From: Candidatus Heimdallarchaeota archaeon
Lineage (GTDB): Archaea > Asgardarchaeota > Wukongarchaeia > Wukongarchaeales > JBHIFL01
DNA length: 64,000 bases
Direction of reading: 5' to 3'
Assembly: GCA_046761065.1 (NCBI GenBank)
Contig: JBHIFL010000004.1
Coordinates: 1 to 64,000, forward strand
Below the pieces are notes generated by a model. The model saw only the letters and a list, made by a program, of their open reading frames with translations, was not told the DNA's origin and ran no database searches. Made by a program: the position numbers and the translations under genes. How positions within the stretch are numbered: the stretch's first letter is position 1; every line of letters begins with the position of its first letter. Shown piece after piece: positions 62,038 to 64,000 of this stretch.

Positions 62038-62203
62038 TTTATAAAGTTTGAAGCCTTATATAGTATTGACCCTAAAATTGCTGAACCACGAGTTTCCTTG
62101 AAAAAACCAATTAAATGAGGTACTCCAAGAAGAATATAGCGTTTCAGGTGAAAAAGCAAACCCTGAGAATATTAAATACCACTAAAGAAGAATAGGATTC
62201 TGA

Positions 62204-63202
62204 TTAATCAGGGAGCGGAGGTAACCTTAACCGCCAATTCAGATCGGGAGGGTTAATAGTTTTTTCAAATTCAATTCCACCTGCTTCGAACCCTGATTCC
62301 ACCATGATACAATGATGTTTCATTGTCTCAAAAATCCGTTCAGGAATTTTTTGTATTTTCCAGACACCTTGCTGTTTCTTAGATCCACTTACAACATGCT
62401 CAACCGCTAGCAAACCTTTTCTATTCCCTAGATTCATATACAAAAGAGATATGCTTTGGCTCATAACGGTATTCAAAACTGATAGAGGGAGTTCTGATGA
62501 ATTCCCGCGAAGTAATTGATAGAAGGAGAGGAGACGAGATGTTTTCTTGTTAGCCAACATAAGTAAACCCTTTTCAGAATCTTGTAAGGTGGTACCTTCC
62601 AACGATTCGAGCTGTAAGAGTGGATATGATGTCTTTTTTGTGTGTTTGGTGCTTTTTCTTTGTTTTAAGGAACGAAAACCATGTGTGATGCCCAGACTTG
62701 TATAAGAAGCAAGAAGGAAACTACTGGGAACATCATAATTGGCATATAAAGCGATTCCGAGTCCTATAATAAAGATAGAAACGCTTAGCATTCCTGTGGT
62801 AATATCTCGCACTTGTTTTTGTGGTTGTGCTGATTCTGGTCCGAATGGGGCTTCTTGTTGAATATCTTGAGCTTTTGATTCCGATGCGTCTCTCTCTAGT
62901 GAGATTAGGTCCGCTCGTCTGTCTGCTGTAACTTGCCCTCTAACTTGGATCTGGTCGGCATATACCGCTAGATAGAATATTGTCGAATGGGACGGCTCAT
63001 TAGGCCTCCCATGGGGCACTTCTACCGAAAAAAGACCACCTTTTAGGTTGTTTATCATCTCTCCCATATCAACCTTGATCTGGAGTTTCTCCTTACAGCG
63101 ATTACAGATCGCGAATACGGTTGTTTTTCTTGGTTGTACGACATTTTTACCTTTACTAGCATTCTCTAAATCCGCAGATGTGTCCCGAATTACAATATCC
63201 AC
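62204..63202 (-). CDS. Membrane protein with N-terminal CxxC/His zinc-binding domain
   Basis: CNRC...PHG...HSTIFY; central hydrophobic helices; soluble C-terminal domain. Confidence 0.65.
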   Translation of the reverse strand: MDIVIRDTSADLENASKGKNVVQPRKTTVFAICNRCKEKLQIKVDMGEMINNLKGGLFSVEVPHGRPNEPSHSTIFYLAVYADQIQVRGQVTADRRADLISLERDASESKAQDIQQEAPFGPESAQPQKQVRDITTGMLSVSIFIIGLGIALYANYDVPSSFLLASYTSLGITHGFRSLKQRKSTKHTKKTSYPLLQLESLEGTTLQDSEKGLLMLANKKTSRLLSFYQLLRGNSSELPLSVLNTVMSQSISLLYMNLGNRKGLLAVEHVVSGSKKQQGVWKIQKIPERIFETMKHHCIMVESGFEAGGIEFEKTINPPDLNWRLRLPPLPD

Positions 63203-63852
63203 TCCTCTTTACCACCTTGTTCATTATGTGTTGCTGCCCAATAAACTAGATAACCCATGATGGCGGCCAACACCGCCCCTCCCATCGCTAGAACCTCAAG
63301 ATGATCTTGTTTGAAGGGCTGTAATGCACCAAATGACTGCCTTAAAACAGTGGCAAAGCCAAGTACCCCGCAAAAACATACCCAGACTGCGGTAATGACG
63401 GCTTCGGCCTCCCCTTGCAGAAAGTTGGCGATATCTTGGGAGCTGGGAGCTGCATAAGATAACGTTGAAATGCCCAACAAAACAAAAATGATGCCAAGCA
63501 ACCAGAATCCTACAGCCAACAAATAATTCGCAGTTATGAAAAAGGATCCCCCAATCAGCCAACTAAATAATAACGGAGAGATACCAATAACAAACTGTTT
63601 CAGGGGGTTCAGATCTCCCGGATCAGTGATAACATACCCTTTTAAGAAGTTTATTTCACGAACTGAAACTCTTAGCAGTTTACTGACCGCTGCATGTGCT
63701 GTTTCATGAACAATGACCCCAGGAAAGAAGAATGCCTTTTTTACTGATTCAAAGGGAATTAGGGCAGTGATAATCGCGCGGAGTAAGGCCGAGATAACTA
63801 TTAAGAGAAACAGCGATGTTAAGGCGGATGGAAGGACAAACTCTTCAAGCAA
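63190..63852 (-). CDS. Membrane zinc metalloprotease (M50-like)
   Basis: FPGVIVHETAH (HExxH), GYV, ISPL and PSSQD motifs; multiple TM helices. Confidence 0.8.
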   Translation of the reverse strand: MLEEFVLPSALTSLFLLIVISALLRAIITALIPFESVKKAFFFPGVIVHETAHAAVSKLLRVSVREINFLKGYVITDPGDLNPLKQFVIGISPLLFSWLIGGSFFITANYLLAVGFWLLGIIFVLLGISTLSYAAPSSQDIANFLQGEAEAVITAVWVCFCGVLGFATVLRQSFGALQPFKQDHLEVLAMGGAVLAAIMGYLVYWAATHNEQGGKEEWIL

Positions 63853-63999
63853 CTAGAGCATAACCCCTAAGTCATGATCCATTTCAAAGTCTTCTTCCTC
63901 AGCCGCTATTTCTTCGATTAACACCTGCGTGTAGGCATCTCCGATCTTTTCCGTTAGCTGTTTTCTACGATGAAGAAAATTCAAAGTGATCCCCAGGAA
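63853..63999 (-). CDS. 3' end of a gene running off the window
   Basis: Open frame FLGITLNF...DHDLGVML* whose stop abuts the start of the protease gene. Confidence 0.6.
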   Translation of the reverse strand, partial: FLGITLNFLHRRKQLTEKIGDAYTQVLIEEIAAEEEDFEMDHDLGVML

Positions 64000-64000
64000 T

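Noticed and set aside
1-64000. Genome-wide stop-codon reassignment suggested by three in-frame stops
   Set aside because: Two are TAA and one is TAG, and conserved genes here end properly at both TAG (radA, lipA) and TAA (psmA). Local mutation or sequencing error is more likely.

Overview
Archaeal chromosomal window, very probably from an Asgard archaeon. The evidence is RadA, XPD, a proteasome alpha subunit, nine Ras-superfamily GTPases or pseudo-GTPases, and many roadblock and longin domains. Housekeeping and metabolic genes: a bshC/bshA/bshB bacillithiol cluster, an Fe3+/thiamine-type ABC transporter, a HAD phosphatase, an NDP-sugar nucleotidyltransferase, an LLM oxidoreductase, lipA plus a lipoate ligase, a GNAT and a methyltransferase. 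Three regions stand out. (1) A Ubl(-GG)/E2-like/JAMM/E1 operon transcribed divergently from a proteasome alpha gene (10.1-15.3 kb). (2) A GC-rich, array-less CRISPR-derived remnant: a Cas7-like fragment plus a Cas5-like RAMP fused to a Cas10-type HD, ending in a multi-hairpin putative ncRNA (20.9-22.3 kb). (3) A roughly 25 kb Rag-GTPase neighbourhood (32-57 kb) with two classes of Rag-like GTPase-roadblock proteins, an NPRL2-like longin/wHTH protein, and a 2321-aa surface protein whose cytoplasmic tail is an FLCN/SMCR8-like longin domain retaining the ARG arginine-finger motif. Region 3 is a candidate receptor-GAP signalling system. Also present are an IS200/IS605 tnpB remnant and three genes each broken by a single in-frame stop. 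All assignments come from reading motifs by eye; no searches were run.
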